Shown here piece after piece: positions 58,787 through 64,000 of a stretch of 64,000 nt of DNA. The notes under the pieces were generated by a model. It was not told where the DNA came from. It made no database searches and was given only the letters and a program-made list of their open reading frames with translations. The translations under genes and the position numbers were made by a program. Numbering within the stretch: position 1 is the stretch's first letter; each line of letters opens with the position of its first letter. Source of the DNA: Cycas panzhihuaensis (Eukaryota > Plantae > Cycadophyta); contig CM041465.1 of NCBI GenBank assembly GCA_023213395.1, positions 222,339,741 through 222,403,740 of the forward strand, in the 5' to 3' direction.

Positions 58787-59299
58787 TAAGGGTAAATAGT
58801 TGAGCCTCTTATGGTTACCAAACAAATTAAGGAAAGGAGTAATAACCAAGGGTGATCTTAGGTAAAATATTAATAAATGTGAAAATAGTAAGGTAGGAGA
58901 AACTTAGGCCTTCTACAAAATTGCCATACAACATAAATAGGTAGTCCTTAGGAATTTAAACTAGTATAAGGAGAATGATACCCAAATGGGATAATTAATT
59001 ACCAAAAATAAATTAAAATAAGGGCTCTCATATACAACTAGTTTGAATAAAACCTTATATGAAATGGAGAATATAAAGGTCCATATAAGTCAAATTAGGA
59101 GTCAAAACTTTGTATAAACATCACAACATTGCCTTCAATTCAAAATAGGCTCCTAGGCTCGAATAAAGAGTAAATGTTGAAATAATGATTATTAATCTAC
59201 TTAGAATAAATAGAATAATATGAATAAAATACTATATAGTAGAGGATACATGTATATACATAGGAGTATGCTCACTGGATGAGAACATGGGTGGATATT

Positions 59300-62200
59300 T
59301 AGATGGACCACTGACCAATATAATATAGGATATGAAACTCTTTCTAAATGTTTAGACATATAAATCTATACACATGGAGGGACACTCTTATAAACATATA
59401 TATGGATGCAAATATATACAAATGGAGTGGCTAAATGGTCTAAATGGACTTTGATACCAAATATTGGCATCAAGAAGAGGTAAGAAAAACATACACATAA
59501 CACATATACAATTGAAATAAGACAAGGAGAAGGGTCACCAAATATCTAGAAGATACAGTGACACTAAAGAACACTAGGATCAATGGCCCTATGAAATAAA
59601 TAGTCAGGCCTCTGAGGGTATTAATATATACCTTAAAATTAACCACTAAAAATATGTTGCTTATGAAAAAATAATTAGATTGGGAATAGGCTCAAGATAG
59701 GCATTATTCTAAGATTACAAAGTTAATAGGATCAAAAGATAGTTTACCACTCCATACACACCTTAATATGATTATATTGTCGAAAGGAAAAATATAGTTA
59801 TTGAAGAGATATATAGAATCATAATAAGTGTGAAAATTTTAAGTCATGAACATTAGGTGGAAGCTATGAGAACTTCTATTTATATATTAAACCAAAGTTT
59901 AACCAAGTAGTTAGAAATCTTACTCTAGAAGAAACATGGTCTAGAAGAAAACCTCATATTAGATACTTAGGTGTATTTAAAAGTATGGCATGTATACATA
60001 TTCCTAAGAAAAGAAAAAGTAATATGGATGAAAAATGAATAAAGTCATATTTATTAGATATATAGAACAAGAAAAAGCATATGAGTTATTTGATAAAAAT
60101 GAAAGGATAATTTATACTAGTAGAAATATAAACTTTGATGAAAATCCTATGAAAAACATAAGTATAATTAAATAAAATGACAAAGGAAAAGAGATTATTA
60201 ATGATAAGCCTAGAAAAAGTATGAGCCTATGTAACATGTATGAATTCTGTTACCACTCATGATAGAGAAATATGAAGAGAAATAATAGAAATAAGACAAA
60301 GAAAAAGGTAAAGTTCTAAAGAACATTCATTAACATAATACAACATGCTCTCTTTACAATAAAGTGGGGTATATATATCACTATCCCCCTATATTATTAT
60401 AGTCTTACCTCTAAGTTAACCAATCCCCTATTTCCTTATTATTAACCTTTACTCCTTTGCTCTCACTAACCTTAACCTATTATCATGTGATGAAGGCTAC
60501 CACATGTCCTCCACCCTTAGATGTTTTGCCCTTGAAGCATCTTAGTACATCGATACATATAACCACCATTCACTACTATTATATAATCGATAGGTCCTAT
60601 GAAGATTATTAGAAAAGCTGTGTATGGAATGGGGGGTTTATCCATCCTAAGTAGAATTAGATGTGCCTTAGATATCGATAATTTTAAAATCAAAAGCTTA
60701 AATGTTGTGGTTGCTTAGGGTATTTAGTCAATGAGGGCCTTGCTTATTAAGTTTTAATATGTTAGACCTCTTGATAGTGTGTTTATTAATATAGCCCCAT
60801 TTTAGTATGTCTTTTAACCTTTGGTAAGTTATATTTTTCCTTATGCTTAGCTACACCTAGTAGTATGGGGTGGTAAATAACTTTTGTTATTTACTCTTAA
60901 CATTCTTTTTCTCTCTCATCATTATTTTATTATTCTTGTCTCTATGGAATGGGAAGAATTCCTTGTCCTAACTTACAATTAAACCTCTTTAATATTTGAT
61001 GATCTTCTTATTTTTCTCATTCAAGGCTTTGTATCTCCTACCATCAAGAATTATTATATTTTATGTGAATAGCTAATTGTAGTAAGCATTTAATGACCTA
61101 GTCGTATTATACCACTTCTTAAACCAAAGGTAAGCCTTTCCTTGTAGATATAATGAGACTACTTTATCCATTTCTTCACTTCTTAGGTAATCATCAATAA
61201 GTAATTTTATACACATATTTATTTCTCTAACCTAGGCATTTATAGTAAGAGCCTCGTCTGTATTAAATATGGGTGATGATGGATTTTTTAATAGCCATGA
61301 TGATGTGAAGATAAGAAAAATATTAAGCCTCAAGAATAATGGTATACAACTAAGGTTTAAATAGCAAAAAATAGTATAGAAATAAATACCATCATAAACC
61401 CTTATAAAATGGAAGGATTAACTTCAATTTTAAATATCTAATAAATAATGGATTAAAAATGCATAAAATATAGCCTAAAATAATGGCCTATGAATTATGA
61501 TTTTAATCATTTAGATGGAATAAATTTTGATACTTATATCAAAAGATATACCCCTTTTAAGGAGGGCTTATAATTACGTTTTTTAAACTATAATAGTACC
61601 GTTTAATAAAATAAAAATAACTTTCTTCTTAGACCTCTAATTATCCTAAGACCCCTTCCATTTGAAAATAGACTTTAAAATGCATAGAATTTAAAAATAT
61701 TTAAGGTAATTTAGATAGCCATTTGAAATTGAGATAATAAATTTATTTTCAATGTTAGTGATGAAAAGTAAGCCAAGATTAAATCTACTATAATTTTTGT
61801 ATTTTCCCCCTAAATCTAGTGTAACCATTCAAAATTTGTAGAATGAGCTATTTTGTCTCAAATTTACTATTATTTTTTAGAAACTTTAGTGTTTATAATT
61901 TAGTATATGCCTTCAAATCTTATATTAAAGTATGAAAAAAATTTCTAAATAACTTTACTCTAATACTACATGTAAAATGTCTAAATCCTAGTACCACTCA
62001 AGATAGAGAAATAGTAGAAATAAGATAAAGAAGAAGGTAAAGTTTTAAAGAACATTCATCAACATAACACGACATACTCTCTTTATAATATAGTGGGGTA
62101 TATATAGCACTAACCCTCCACATTATTATAATCCTATCTTTAAGTTGACTAATCCTCTATTTCCTTATTATTAACTTCTATTCTCATTAACCTTAATCTA

Positions 62201-63960
62201 TTTTCATGTGGTGAAGGCTCATCACAACCTAATCAAGATAAGTGATGGTGAAAGCTCATCTAATTCAAGTCCAAGTCCCAATCAAATGATAAATATTAAT
62301 CAACTGAAATAGATCAAAATTACTATAGAAGCCTCTAAGTTAGATCAAATCCCTATGGATCAAGGGATAATGACAAGGAGTATGAGGTAATAAGCAAAGA
62401 TAAACCTTGTCTTAATAGAAAAAGTCAAAGATATCATTAAACCTAAGTTACATGATAAATCAAAGGATAAAAAGGAATTGAAAAGAACTATGGATGAAGG
62501 ATATGAATCATTTATGAAACATAAAACTTAAGAGGTAGTTTAACTTCCTAAAGCTAAGTATGCTCTTAGAACTAAATACATTTATAAAGTAAAATATAAC
62601 ATTAATAAGGGAATAGAAACGTCTAAGGCTATGTTAGTAGAAAAAGGATATGCTCAAGAAGAAAGGAATGATTATGAGGAAAACTTTACTTTAACAATGA
62701 AAATGAATGCAATAACAATGTTAATATCCATTACATCAGAGAAGAATTAGCCCATGTATCAAATGGCTAATAAGATTGTATTCCTTCATGGAGAAATAGA
62801 TGAATAAGTGTATATTCAACAACTACCTAGCTATGAGAAGAAATAAAAAGAAGAATATACATGTAAGTTATCCAAATCCCTCTATGTATTAAAATAAGAC
62901 CTAAGTGCTTGGTATAGAAAAATCTAAAAACACTTAAGAAATATTAGATTTAAAAGAAGTCCTAATGACCCTAATCTTTATGTGTTAAGTGACAAGAAGA
63001 ATATGATCATCTTGATTATATATATCAATGATTTAGTGATTTGTGGGAGTAATAATGATCTAGTTAAATATGTTAAAGAAAAGTTACATAAGGAAATTGA
63101 CATGAAAGACTTAGTTCACATGTATTATCATCTCATAATTGAGGTGTGGCAGACTAGATACAGAAACTTCACTTCTAAATCTAAGTATATAAACAAAATT
63201 TTATAAATATTTGAAATCAATGATGTTAATTCTAATGATACACCCATAGAAAGTGGATTAAAAATATCTCTCAATGATGAATCAAAGGAAGTAGATAAAA
63301 TAATATATAGATAGTTAATTGGAAGTTTAGTCTATTTAGCTAATATTAGACTAGATATTTCTTTTATAGTGAATAAGATATCTAAATATATAACATTCCA
63401 TAAGGAGTCACATTGGAAAGCCAAAAAAGGAATCCTAAGGTATATGAAAGGAACATATGAATTTGGAATTATATATGCTAAGAGCTTAGATAGTAACATC
63501 TAAATTATTGGATTAATTGATTCTAGCTAGGTGGGATCCCTAAAAGATAGGAGGTCTACCAATGGATATATGTTTAAAATTAAAATAAGTGTTATACCCT
63601 GGTGTAGTAAAAGGTAGCATGGTATTTCTAAATCATCTATAGAAGTTGAGCATAAAGTTACATCCATAGTTATATGCTAGGTTATTTGCCTTAAAAAAAT
63701 TAGAAAACCTATGATTTAATTAAACAAGTCCCACTCTAATATATTGCAATAATCAAGTGTATTAAAATTAGTTTAAAAATTTATCTTTTATGAAATGATT
63801 AAACATATTAAAGTTTATTATTATTTTATTAGGAATATTATCAAGAAACAAAATGTTCAACTTGAGTACATTCCCATTGGAGAATAACCTACTAACATAC
63901 TCACAAATCCTTTAGTGAAAAATAAATTCTAGAAATACATATATAATTTTGGTATTTAAA
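59300..63960 (+). mobile_element. Old decayed Ty1/Copia G (INT, RT, RNase H), interrupted by F; its 3' LTR may start near 63981
   Basis: INT FTTPYTP.....ERKN (about 59743); RT KGYAQEE..DYEE and IIYINDLVICG...MKDL; RH D..(W).GS..DRRST.GY and IKHI.V.Y.FIR. The left boundary is approximate. Confidence 0.85.
60230..62226 (-). mobile_element. Small non-autonomous LTR element F (TR-GAG/TRIM-like), 1997 bp
   Basis: LTRs 60230-60504 and 61971-62226 (TGTAA...CACA); TSD gccta/accta; degenerate Met PBS at 61957-61968; PPT-like AAGGGTGGAGGA at about 60507-60518; Gypsy Gag remnant (PIFN...NA(W)VRE / DKVVSLYLQGKAYLWF) at about 61100-61290; no pol. Confidence 0.8.
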
Positions 63961-64000
63961 AAATCAACATCAAAGGATGTTGTTAAAGGTAAAGTTTAAG

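Overview
AT-rich, CpG/CHG-depleted plant heterochromatin, probably from a large-genome gymnosperm-like species (inference from element types and the mutation signature). No intact host gene, RNA gene or CRISPR array is supported; the window is a nest of decayed retroelements. From left to right: an LTR remnant, a solo LTR (2052-2566), a full-length RNase H-bearing L1 LINE (2638-8854, 17-bp TSD) and a truncated Copia (9578-12762). Next is a non-chromovirus Gypsy 'A' (14074-58786, about 10.5 kb when un-nested, 29-bp tandem arrays in its LTRs). A is interrupted by an Ogre/Tat-like Gypsy 'B' (23178-57391, TSD ACATG, about 18 kb un-nested). B's LTRs carry three younger antisense insertions: gag-less chromovirus 'C', chromovirus 'D' and Copia 'E'. 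Last is an old Copia 'G' containing a 2-kb gag-only element 'F'. The most interesting signals are: PMD-like accessory genes in both A (sense) and B (antisense, with an intron); two extra Gag-capsid-like modules inside A's Pol; an LTR array whose ancestor was CpG-dense; the structured, gag-less leader of C; hairpins enclosing the PPT in C, D and E; and polarity-switching (AT)n tracts. All alignments and translations were done by eye.
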